In this document: one piece after another, positions 9,920 through 18,699 of the stretch
How the letters are laid out: each line of letters begins with the position of its first letter
Numbering within the stretch: position 1 is the stretch's first letter
DNA from: Cytophagales bacterium
Lineage (GTDB): Bacteria; Bacteroidota; Bacteroidia; Cytophagales; JAAEPT01
Length of the DNA stretch: 64,000 bases
Assembly (NCBI GenBank): GCA_024232295.1
Contig: JAAEPT010000154.1
Coordinates: 9,612 to 73,611, forward strand
Direction: 5' to 3'
Notes under the pieces: generated by a model
The model's input: the letters and a program-made list of their open reading frames with translations, nothing else
Told to the model about the DNA's origin: nothing
Database searches by the model: none
Made by a program: the position numbers and the translations under genes

Positions 9920-9949
9920 CTGATTTTATAGAACATCATCAAAAATCAG
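9920..9949 (-). terminator. terminator hairpin
   Basis: CTGATTTT / AAAATCAG stem, T-rich on the minus strand after the stem. Confidence 0.45.
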
Positions 9950-9996
9950 AATCGAAATACCTTAATTTTCGTCATTTTAACTAAAATAATGGATAA

Positions 9997-10227
9997 TTAT
10001 GCCTCAAATTCTGACTGAAATTCAGGAAGTAGCTTGTTTATCAAGTACTTTTGGAGGTATTTGCATGAGAAGTCAAAATAATTTTCTGCGATCAAAATCA
10101 CGTAATTCTCTTCTCCAAAAAAAGGAATTAATTCTTCTTCTGGACATTGATAAAGCCAGTTCTGAAGTTTCTCCTTACTTGTCTCCTCTCTAAGTAATTG
10201 AAATAGCTCTTCTTTTCGATTTGTCAT
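9997..10227 (-). CDS. hypothetical protein
   Basis: 76-aa ORF abutting the ZIP transporter gene. No motif recognised. Confidence 0.4.
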   Translation of the reverse strand: MTNRKEELFQLLREETSKEKLQNWLYQCPEEELIPFFGEENYVILIAENYFDFSCKYLQKYLINKLLPEFQSEFEA

Positions 10228-10988
10228 TAGCTTAAATATTGTGTCAGAATTGCCCCTACAACACCAATAACAATAGCTGATACTTTTTTCAAATTGAAAT
10301 GGTGATTTGGGTTTGATTCATAAAAAATAGTAGTGGAAATATGTAAGAAGTTACCTGCAACAATTGCAAATAAAATAATAAAACCTCCTGAAGAGATTAA
10401 TTGATTTTCTTGAACATAATTACCGATTAATAATCCGATTGGAGAAGCTAATACAAACAATGATAAGTACAATAATACTTTCTTTTTGCTTTTGAGTTGA
10501 CTCAATAAGATAGTTGTCAGGACAAAAGCAGCAGGTGCTTTATGAAATACAATTCCCCACAATAAAGAAGCATTATGTTCTACATGATGGTGATGATGTC
10601 CATGATGATGAATATGATCATGTTGTGTAAGCACAGAACCTTCTAATAATGCATGAATGCTCAATGCAATGATAATTCCTATTGCCGAAAAAGAAGAAGA
10701 TTTATCTATATGCAAATGTCCATGTTCTACTCCCTGTGAAAAGTATTCTAATACCTTTTGTAAAAAGAAACCAACCAAAAGAAATATTCCTATTTGTGCA
10801 GAAGTAATTTCCTTATTTGCCATAGAAAAGGCATCAGGTAATAAATGAATAACAGTAATGCTAAAAAGGTATGCACCACTAAAAGTCAAAATAATATTGC
10901 GGTAAGATTCACTGATTTTGGAAAGGAAAGAAAATGCTAATCCTCCTCCCAAAACTCCAGCAAATAATAATATAATGTATTCCTTCAA
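10227..10988 (-). CDS. ZIP-family metal transporter
   Basis: Polytopic, with a His-rich loop HDHIHHHGHHHHHVEH and conserved HxxxEG-type helices (HALLEGS). Confidence 0.8.
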   Translation of the reverse strand: MKEYIILLFAGVLGGGLAFSFLSKISESYRNIILTFSGAYLFSITVIHLLPDAFSMANKEITSAQIGIFLLVGFFLQKVLEYFSQGVEHGHLHIDKSSSFSAIGIIIALSIHALLEGSVLTQHDHIHHHGHHHHHVEHNASLLWGIVFHKAPAAFVLTTILLSQLKSKKKVLLYLSLFVLASPIGLLIGNYVQENQLISSGGFIILFAIVAGNFLHISTTIFYESNPNHHFNLKKVSAIVIGVVGAILTQYLS

Positions 10989-10992
10989 TCTT

Positions 10993-11727
10993 TTATTTCT
11001 TTAAAACATAAATCAGACGATCTGATGAATTGACGTCAAAAGAATTCAAGGCGTAATCTCCATAAGTAGCTTCTACCTTAAAACCTGCTTTTTGAAAATA
11101 TTGTAAAAACATTTCTTCTGTGATTGCTTTCACTCGCTCCTGAAATTCGTATCGTTCTTCTTCTACTTCAAAAGCAATGTCTTTTACAATAAAACTATTT
11201 TGTACACTTCTCTTCAATTCAAAAGTAACTCCATCAATCGTTTTTGTCTCTTCTAACACCAAGTTTTTGATGACTTTTTGAGCATTCATAAAATCTATTA
11301 CAAATGTACCTCCTTCTTCGACAATTTCATAAATTGACTGAATAGTTTTCTCATTCTCTCGTTCATCCTCAAAATAACCAAAACTAGTAAAGAGGTTTAG
11401 TACAAAATCAAAAGCCCCTTGTTGTAAAACCTCTCTCATATCATGCTCATAGAATGCCAATTGCTCATTTGCATATTGATTGGCATAAGCAATGCTTTCT
11501 GGAGACAAATCAACACCTACAACTTGCAAACCTTGTTTATTTAGATAAATAGCATGTCTTCCTTTCCCACAAGCCAAATCTAAAACTCGATGTTTATTCT
11601 CTATTCCTAATTTTTCAATAAGATTTGAGATAAAAAATTCTGCTTCTTGATAATCTCTATTTTTATAAAGAATATGATAGTATTTTGAATCGAACCAAGT
11701 GCTAAACCATTCTTTTTTATTTGCCAT
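10993..11727 (-). CDS. class I SAM-dependent methyltransferase
   Basis: VLDLACGKGRH (motif I) and VVGVDLS (motif II). Confidence 0.8.
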   Translation of the reverse strand: MANKKEWFSTWFDSKYYHILYKNRDYQEAEFFISNLIEKLGIENKHRVLDLACGKGRHAIYLNKQGLQVVGVDLSPESIAYANQYANEQLAFYEHDMREVLQQGAFDFVLNLFTSFGYFEDERENEKTIQSIYEIVEEGGTFVIDFMNAQKVIKNLVLEETKTIDGVTFELKRSVQNSFIVKDIAFEVEEERYEFQERVKAITEEMFLQYFQKAGFKVEATYGDYALNSFDVNSSDRLIYVLKK

Positions 11728-12802
11728 TTTCCACTAAATATTGTACAACTCCGTCTGTATATTCTGATTTTATTTCATTATTCTCATTGTAAATGAAATA
11801 AGCGTGAATATTGTTCTCTTTCTCCAAGATTTTTTTTGCTTTCTCTTTTCCTAATACCATAAAAGCAGTAGCATAAGCATCAGCAGTCATACAATCATCT
11901 GCAAAAACACTCACACTTAACAGTTCATGTTCTACTGGTTTCCCAGTCTGAGGACTGATGGTATGTGCATAGCGTTTTCCGTCCTTTTCATAAAAATTAC
12001 GATAGTTACCAGAACTTGCAATTGCCTTGTTATCAAGCTTAATTTTCACATAAATATTATTACCCAAAGTCCAAGATTGAGGGTCTTCAATTCCAATAAT
12101 CCAAGAAGCTCCAGAAGGTTTTGTTCCATTACAAACAGTTTCTCCACCAATTTCTACTTTGTAACTTGTAATCCCCTTAGACTCCAAAAACTGTGTAAGT
12201 ACATCTACACCATAACCTTTTGCTACTGCACTAAAGTCTAACATGATTCCTTTTTTAGTTTTAGAAAACAAAGAATCTTGTTGTATGACATAATCTAAGT
12301 TCACTAATGCTTTTAAGGAATCTATTTTTTCTTGACTTGGCAAATCATCGGTTCTTTCATGAAAACCAAAACCCCAAGCATTGACCAAAGGCATGATGGT
12401 CGGATCAAAAGCTCCATCTGTAGCTTTAAAGATTTCTCTACTTCTTGCTAATACTGCTTCAAAATATGGGCTTTTAACAAATGTTGTATCATTGGTATTA
12501 AACAAAGAAATTTCGGAAGAGTCGATATAGGTTGAAAGACTTTGATTAAAATCAATCAGTACAGAATCAATTGCTTTTTGATAATTAACAGAGTCTTGAC
12601 TATAGTAACGAATATCATAATACGTACCCATTGTTTCTCCATTGAACGCAATGAATCCATTTTGATTTTTCTGATTCTGTTCCTCTTTAATGAGTATTTG
12701 TTCTTTCTTGGCATTATTTCGCCATAAGTGACAACCATACATCAATAGTATCAAAACTAAAGGGTATATGCGTCCTTTATTAAATGTTTCCTTCCAATCC
12801 AT
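11717..12802 (-). CDS. apbE: FAD:protein FMN transferase
   Basis: GAFDPTIMPLVNAWGFG and SSGNYRNF...HTISPQTG motifs typical of ApbE. N-terminal membrane anchor. Confidence 0.85.
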   Translation of the reverse strand: MDWKETFNKGRIYPLVLILLMYGCHLWRNNAKKEQILIKEEQNQKNQNGFIAFNGETMGTYYDIRYYSQDSVNYQKAIDSVLIDFNQSLSTYIDSSEISLFNTNDTTFVKSPYFEAVLARSREIFKATDGAFDPTIMPLVNAWGFGFHERTDDLPSQEKIDSLKALVNLDYVIQQDSLFSKTKKGIMLDFSAVAKGYGVDVLTQFLESKGITSYKVEIGGETVCNGTKPSGASWIIGIEDPQSWTLGNNIYVKIKLDNKAIASSGNYRNFYEKDGKRYAHTISPQTGKPVEHELLSVSVFADDCMTADAYATAFMVLGKEKAKKILEKENNIHAYFIYNENNEIKSEYTDGVVQYLVENGK

Positions 12803-12902
12803 ACTACAAATTTACCAAAATATGATGGCTTTGTTTGTGCAACCTATTCAAAAAAATTAAATATCTTGCAATAGTACCAGTAGTACTAAATAGAATAGCA
12901 AA

Positions 12903-13934
12903 ATGCGTGAGGATTATTTGACAGGGAGTGATGAAAACTTTAGTTCAGAAGAAAAAGATTTTGACAAAGCACTAAGACCCTTAAGCTTTGAAGACTTTTC
13001 TGGACAAGATAAAATTGTAGAAAACTTACGAGTATTTGTAGGAGCTGCTCAACAAAGAAATGAACCTTTGGATCATGTATTACTGCATGGACCTCCAGGA
13101 TTAGGGAAAACAACACTTTCAAATATCATTGCTAATGAGCTAGAAAGTTCACTCAAAATCACTTCTGGTCCTGTATTGGACAAACCAAGTGATTTGGCTG
13201 GTTTATTAACTGGATTGGAGGAAAATGATGTACTTTTTATTGATGAAATTCATCGATTGAACCCTGTAGTGGAAGAATATTTATATTCTGCTATGGAAGA
13301 CTACAAAATTGACATTATGCTTGATTCTGGTCCAAGTGCTCGTAGTGTGCAGATTGGATTAAATCCTTTTACCTTAATTGGTGCTACTACTCGTTCAGGA
13401 TTATTAACCGCTCCTCTTCGTGCTCGTTTTGGAATCAATGCTCGTTTGCAATATTATGATTCTACCTTATTGGCTAAAATCATTCGTAGGGCTTCTGATA
13501 TTTTAGAAACACCAATTGAAGAAGATGCTTCTTTTGAGATTTCTCGAAGAAGTAGAGGGACTCCTCGTATTGCCAATAATTTACTAAGAAGAACACGAGA
13601 TTTTGCTCAAATAAAAGGTGATGGAACAATCACAATGGAAATTGCTCAAATTGCCTTAGATGCTTTGGAAGTAGATTCATTAGGCTTAGATGAAATGGAT
13701 AATCGTATTTTGAGAACCATTATCGAAAAGTTTAGTGGAAGACCTGTAGGAATTAAAACCATTGCTACTGCTTGTGGTGAAGATGCAGAAACCATTGAGG
13801 AAGTATATGAACCTTACCTTATCCAAGAAGGATTAATTCAGCGAACAGCAAGAGGACGAGAAGTGACTCCACTTGCTTATAAACATTTGGGAATTGCTCC
13901 TCCAAGCCAAGGAATACAAGGTGATTTATTTTAA
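12903..13934 (+). CDS. ruvB: Holliday junction branch-migration helicase RuvB
   Basis: LRPLSFEDFSGQDK...HVLLHGPPGLGKTTL...LFIDEIHRL are canonical RuvB Walker A/B. Confidence 0.95.
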   Translation: MREDYLTGSDENFSSEEKDFDKALRPLSFEDFSGQDKIVENLRVFVGAAQQRNEPLDHVLLHGPPGLGKTTLSNIIANELESSLKITSGPVLDKPSDLAGLLTGLEENDVLFIDEIHRLNPVVEEYLYSAMEDYKIDIMLDSGPSARSVQIGLNPFTLIGATTRSGLLTAPLRARFGINARLQYYDSTLLAKIIRRASDILETPIEEDASFEISRRSRGTPRIANNLLRRTRDFAQIKGDGTITMEIAQIALDALEVDSLGLDEMDNRILRTIIEKFSGRPVGIKTIATACGEDAETIEEVYEPYLIQEGLIQRTARGREVTPLAYKHLGIAPPSQGIQGDLF

Positions 13935-13940
13935 AAATAA

Positions 13941-14495
13941 ATGAAAATACTCATTATTGACATAGAGACTACAGACCTTTCTCCACAAAAAGGACACATT
14001 GCTGAAATAGGCATTGTGGAACTTGACTTGACAAATGGAGAAAAGAAAATACTATTTGATGAATTGTGCCATGAAAAAGGGATGACCTTGGAAAGTGTGC
14101 AGAATAGTTGGATAGTAAGTAGTGGATATATCACAGTAGATGAGATTCGATACAGTAAAAGCTTGCAAAAGCATCAGCAAAGAATCCAATCAATTGTTGA
14201 TGCTTATCCTTTGGGAGCTACAGCTTTCAATAAAAATTTTGACTTTGGTTTTTTAGAACATCGAGGTTTTCGTTTCCCAAGAAAACTTGATTGTCCAATG
14301 CAATTATCGGCAGGTGTATGCAAAATCAAATACAACCCTAAGTTTAAAACTTGGAAATGGCCCAAAGTAGAAGAGGCTTATGATCATTTCTTCCCAAATA
14401 ATAATTATACAGAGATTCATAGAGGCGCTGATGATGCTTATCATGAAGCTGATATTGTCTATGAATTGTACAAAATGGGAATTTTTAAGGTCTAG
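13941..14495 (+). CDS. DEDDh 3'-5' exonuclease (DnaQ-like)
   Basis: ExoI IIDIETTDL, ExoII FNKNFDFGFL, ExoIII HRGADDAYHEAD. Lies 6 nt after ruvB. Confidence 0.75.
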   Translation: MKILIIDIETTDLSPQKGHIAEIGIVELDLTNGEKKILFDELCHEKGMTLESVQNSWIVSSGYITVDEIRYSKSLQKHQQRIQSIVDAYPLGATAFNKNFDFGFLEHRGFRFPRKLDCPMQLSAGVCKIKYNPKFKTWKWPKVEEAYDHFFPNNNYTEIHRGADDAYHEADIVYELYKMGIFKV

Positions 14496-14719
14496 GCTTT
14501 TTCTTTAAAATGCTCTAAAATAAAATTAATATTATTCTCCTTGAATTGATTGATAACATGTACCAATGCTTTTTGATAATCCTCAATAAGCTCTTCACCA
14601 AAACTTACCTTACCCTCTCTTTGCAAAAACAATCTTTGTAATTCGATAAGATCCACTAGCACCTTTTGTTGAAATTGTTCGAGAGCCAGAAGTAACTCTA
14701 AGAGGATTAATATTTTCAA
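14492..14719 (-). CDS. helical 75-codon ORF, probably the out-of-frame C-terminal part of the upstream membrane-protein gene
   Basis: No ATG (TTG at 14719). Protein-like sequence LLELLLALEQFQQKVLVDLIELQRLFLQREGKVSFGEELIEDYQKAL... Overlaps 14610..14984 by 110 nt in another frame. Confidence 0.3.
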   Translation of the reverse strand: MKILILLELLLALEQFQQKVLVDLIELQRLFLQREGKVSFGEELIEDYQKALVHVINQFKENNINFILEHFKEKA

Positions 14720-14984
14720 ATTCTGCCTTGATTTTTCCTATCTCAAATCCTTCACTATTTAAGTGCACAACAATCTTCTTTCTTAATTGTAAGAAAATGA
14801 TCAATACTCCTAATAGAGAAGATAAAGCCAACAAAGGAAATACCCAACCTAGTGCTAAGCCTCCTAGAAAAATGATGATTCCAAAACCTATCCAGATTGG
14901 GTTTCTTGCCTTCACATGAATATAAAACTCATCCCCTTTTCGATAGGTCTTAAAATCATCCGGCATTTTAAATTTCTTTTTCAT
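14610..14984 (-). CDS. small two-TM membrane protein (3' end likely frame-shifted)
   Basis: MKKKFKMPDDF... with two TM helices. ATGA overlap with the upstream ORF. The last 30 codons (RVTSGSRTISTKGASGSYRITKIVFAKRG) look non-protein-like. Confidence 0.5.
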   Translation of the reverse strand: MKKKFKMPDDFKTYRKGDEFYIHVKARNPIWIGFGIIIFLGGLALGWVFPLLALSSLLGVLIIFLQLRKKIVVHLNSEGFEIGKIKAEFENINPLRVTSGSRTISTKGASGSYRITKIVFAKRG

Positions 14985-15415
14985 AAGCTCTCTTTAATAA
15001 CATTTAGGTAGTTTCTTTTGTATATCCCCATAAAAGATAAACTATCTATATCTTTGCCATTATTCTTCAACTTAATATATCCTTTATACCAAGTATCTCC
15101 TTTTTTATCTTTTTCTTGAACAAAAAATTGTACTTGTAAAGAGTCATTTGAATACAATAAACTCTTGTCTTTACAAGTATGTTTCACAAAATTCAAGTGA
15201 AGATATTTATTTGAATATTTGACCTCACAATAATCATCAAATATTATAGCTATATATCTTTTATCCCAATAATCACCCTCATTGAGAGACAAGAGTGCTG
15301 TACAAGTTTGAAGTTAATCCCAGCTAGCTCCAGTGTATTCCAAACTTTTCTTATTTACACCATAAATCACACTACTCATCACTAGTAGGAAAATAGCTAA
15401 TATTGTTTTTCTCAT
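14981..15415 (-). pseudogene. secreted protein gene interrupted by an in-frame TAA
   Basis: ATG at 15415 encodes a signal peptide MRKTILAIFLLVMSSVIYGVNKKSLEYTGASWD, followed by TAA at 15316..15314. The same frame continues into the 103-codon ORF 14981..15292. Confidence 0.5.
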
Positions 15416-15432
15416 AAACCATCTAATATAAA

Positions 15433-17610
15433 TTATTCTACTACAAACCTTATCGGTTTCATTTCTTCATCATAAATCAAGTAAGTACCTTTTGTTAAAT
15501 TCGAAATATCAATACTTTTCTCCTCTCCTTGTTTTACGAACTCTCCTAAAATATTGTAGATCTTCCAAATACCATTAGCTCCTTGTACATTTAAGATTCC
15601 CTTAGCTGGATTTGGATAAACTTTAAAGTCTGTTGTGATTGTTTGTTTGTTGACATTGGTCAAAATATTAGAACAATCCTGTTGCGAACCATTCAATGTT
15701 CCTGTACAATCATATTTTCTCTGAGCATACCATGATAGTAATCGAATATAAGCTACTTGGTATCCACAACTATTTTCTGTAATTACCCATGAGTTGATTG
15801 GCCAAGAATGATTTACATCCTTGTAAGACTTTTGATCGGGTTGGTTCAAAACATCAGACATATCTACAGCCGTACATTTTGCATTATTAGCAGGACTTCC
15901 ACATCCATCTGGGCAACAAGCATCTAATGCATATTGTGTAGTAGGACCACCTACTAAAAATCCTGGGGCAGGACCATAAGTTGACACCTCTACTTCATCA
16001 AAATCAGCACTTCCTTCATAAAACCAATTGTGATAAAATTGTGTCACAGAGTTATCCGCTCCCAAGCTATTTACATTTGATAAATACATTTTAGATAATG
16101 GATTCACTCCATGTAAATTATGAAGATAATGTTCTGCATACCTTTCTGCATCCTCATTCATACTCTCATCTATACCGTACAAAACAAGATTTGTCAGCAT
16201 TAATCCCTTTGCACATTTTGCTCGATTGATTCCCCATGTATAATCCTTAGCATAACCTAAATAAGGATCTTGAACTGCTTGGTAAGCAGGAAAATTGATT
16301 GGAGAGTTTTTCATTGAATTTCGATAGGCAGTTAAAATTTTTTGTTTTACCTGCTCATCTGCTGTTGGTAATGTTGTATAATGCAACGCAATATCTTGTT
16401 CTCTATCTTCAAAAGGATATGCATAATTCCATTCTAATAAATGCAATTGAGTATAATTACTTTCAAAATACGTTTTGTATGCCTCATCTTGAGTCAGTTC
16501 ATATAAATAAAGAGCTAATTGAAGTTTATAAGGCAACCTTCCATATTCATTTGCTACTTCTTGCTGTCCACTTGCAATTCCTTTGGAATTATAAGCCTCA
16601 TCATTGTTTTTCCAAATCACTTGAGGATTTGCATCAGCCCATGACCAAGCTTTTTCTGCTTGTAACCTTAATTCTTCAGCTTTTGCAGGATTTCCTAAGC
16701 TTTGGTACAATAAAGAAGCCTTTGCATATGCTCCACCTGCTGCCAAAGTAGATGTTGTGTTTACATCTCCATATAAACTTTGTGCAGTTGCTGTAGAAGG
16801 AGGAGAACCATTGGCAGAACTTACCACAGAAATCACAGAACCATTGCCTAATTGAAGTCTCTGTAAATGTTCTAATCCCCAATTCATTTCATCAATAACA
16901 TCTGGAATTCCATTACCAGATTCTGGTAGGTTATAATCATCACACCAAGCACCTGGAGCTTGTTCATAAGCCTTAATCAGTTCAATCACATAATTGGATG
17001 TCCAAGTAGTATATTTGTTCAAATCTCCAGCATCATACCAACCACCATGCAAATCTAATTCTGTTGTCGGATCATTAGGAGCATCATATTTTCTACAATT
17101 TTTATCTTGCAAAACTCCTACATGACTAGCATCATCTGACCAATTCCCTGCATATTGAGGTTCTTTGGCAAAACTCGAACGCTGATAAAAAAATGTTCTT
17201 ACAGCAGTTTTCAACAGTTCTTGATAAATATCCTGTCTTACTTCAAATTCATAAGAGCGAACATTATTAACTGTATCTAAAATATAATATTTACCTTCAT
17301 TCTGAAGTTCAGAAAAATCATAATGCCATGCTTTGTCTCCAGAAGAAGCATCTTCTTGTCCATTATTCCACACTGTGATTTCTTTGCGAAACAAACGTTC
17401 ATTGGTTTCTGCATTTACCACCATATAAATTGTACTAGGAGAAAAAGATTTGGCTTGATCTGCCCCAGTCTGTGGATTTCGAATGACCGCAATCTTTTCA
17501 CTTTGTGGTCGATAACCAATCTGATCAATGACAATAAACTCTGAAATACTTTGTGCCCATAATAATTGAGCACTCAATAAAATAAGTAAACTAATGATTT
17601 GCTTTTTCAT
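15433..17610 (-). CDS. glycoside hydrolase family 9 endoglucanase with N-terminal Ig-like domain and T9SS type-A CTD
   Basis: Start taken at MKKQIISLLILLSAQLLWAQS (ATG 17610). GH9 signature DLHGGWYDAGDLNKY. C-terminus VYPNPAKGILNVQ...GTYLIY. Confidence 0.9.
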   Translation of the reverse strand: MKKQIISLLILLSAQLLWAQSISEFIVIDQIGYRPQSEKIAVIRNPQTGADQAKSFSPSTIYMVVNAETNERLFRKEITVWNNGQEDASSGDKAWHYDFSELQNEGKYYILDTVNNVRSYEFEVRQDIYQELLKTAVRTFFYQRSSFAKEPQYAGNWSDDASHVGVLQDKNCRKYDAPNDPTTELDLHGGWYDAGDLNKYTTWTSNYVIELIKAYEQAPGAWCDDYNLPESGNGIPDVIDEMNWGLEHLQRLQLGNGSVISVVSSANGSPPSTATAQSLYGDVNTTSTLAAGGAYAKASLLYQSLGNPAKAEELRLQAEKAWSWADANPQVIWKNNDEAYNSKGIASGQQEVANEYGRLPYKLQLALYLYELTQDEAYKTYFESNYTQLHLLEWNYAYPFEDREQDIALHYTTLPTADEQVKQKILTAYRNSMKNSPINFPAYQAVQDPYLGYAKDYTWGINRAKCAKGLMLTNLVLYGIDESMNEDAERYAEHYLHNLHGVNPLSKMYLSNVNSLGADNSVTQFYHNWFYEGSADFDEVEVSTYGPAPGFLVGGPTTQYALDACCPDGCGSPANNAKCTAVDMSDVLNQPDQKSYKDVNHSWPINSWVITENSCGYQVAYIRLLSWYAQRKYDCTGTLNGSQQDCSNILTNVNKQTITTDFKVYPNPAKGILNVQGANGIWKIYNILGEFVKQGEEKSIDISNLTKGTYLIYDEEMKPIRFVVE

Positions 17611-17731
17611 GATGCTAAAAACTAATATTCCTTTAAAATAAGCATAAAAAATGACTTTTGCATGGAAATATAAATACCTAAATTTCAGCAAAAAACAACA
17701 ACAAATTATGTAAAAACACGATAGTAATAGT

Positions 17732-18515
17732 ATGACAAAGAAAACCATTTATATTTTTGGATTCATCTTATTGATTATATCAGCTTGTCAAAATGATGAT
17801 AATGAATTTGGAGGAGAAATTCTCAGATGGTACAATTCTTACAAAAACCTTTTTCTATTTCAAAGATGAAAGAGATACAAGTCTTGGAAAACAAATCATC
17901 GAAACAAGGTTGTTAATTAAAAAAAGTGGGATATGGAATGTAGCAACTTATCAATGGAATGAATCACAGACAGATGCAACCTTAGAATTAAATGGATTGA
18001 ATACCCAATTTTCATGGATTGATGCCAATGGCAAAACATTATCTACTCTCTATCATGTTCCTACACAAAATGAGTGTATGGCATGTCACCAGTCAAATTC
18101 CACCATGTCACCTCTAGGTCCTACTGCTACCAACCTTAACCGAGAGGTAGTTAGAAATGGAATAGAAGTGAATCAAATCACTCATATGCAATCAATGGGT
18201 ATTTTGGATAATTTTCCGGTAGATCAAGTACATCAAATGGTAAATTATAAAGATAAGAATGCTTCTTTGGCAGAAAGAGGACGAGCATATCTAGCCATGA
18301 ATTGTGCTCATTGCCATAATCCTAAAGGATGGGATACACCTGCTCAAGAAGGATTTGATTTTAGATATGACACTCCATTTGACCAAACAGGAATTCAAGA
18401 CGATCAAAATGAAATCAGAAATAATGTAGTTAATGGACAAATGCCATTCATTGGAACAACAATGTTAGATGAAGAAGGAGTCGCTTTATTAGTTGAATAC
18501 CTAGATGGTATCTAA
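17732..18515 (+). pseudogene. diheme c-type cytochrome-like lipoprotein (SO_2930/HNE_0200-like, by eye); signal peptide and body in different frames
   Basis: 17732..17869 encodes MTKKTIYIFGFILLIISACQNDD... (lipobox) and then stops. The body, 17793..18515 in another frame, has CMACH and CAHCH heme-binding motifs and no signal peptide of its own. Confidence 0.5.
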
Positions 18516-18540
18516 TCATCTTTGAATAAGAACTAAACTA

Positions 18541-18570
18541 AGCCATTGCAACTATTGTAATGGCTTTTAT
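18541..18570 (+). terminator. rho-independent terminator (AGCCATTG hairpin family)
   Basis: AGCCATTGCA / TGTAATGGCT stem (one G-U) followed by TTTTATTTTTT. Confidence 0.6.
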
Positions 18571-18661
18571 TTTTTCTCACCCTTCTAATAATTTCCAGTA
18601 AAACCATTCTTATAGCAGCAAGCCAATTCTTAATATTTTACAAAAAAATCACTTTTTTTTC

Positions 18662-18690
18662 ATATATTTAGAATCTCACTCTAAATATAT
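18662..18690 (+). promoter_or_regulatory. perfect 11-bp inverted repeat abutting a start codon
   Basis: ATATATTTAGA-atctcac-TCTAAATATAT, ending 10 nt before the ATG at 18700. Confidence 0.35.
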
Positions 18691-18699
18691 TCATGACTT

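Noticed and set aside
17611-17748. N-terminal 46-codon extension of the GH9 ORF
   Set aside because: The extension (MVFFVILLLSCFYIICCCF...) precedes a textbook signal peptide that starts at ATG 17610. It would also overlap the divergent lipoprotein start at 17732.
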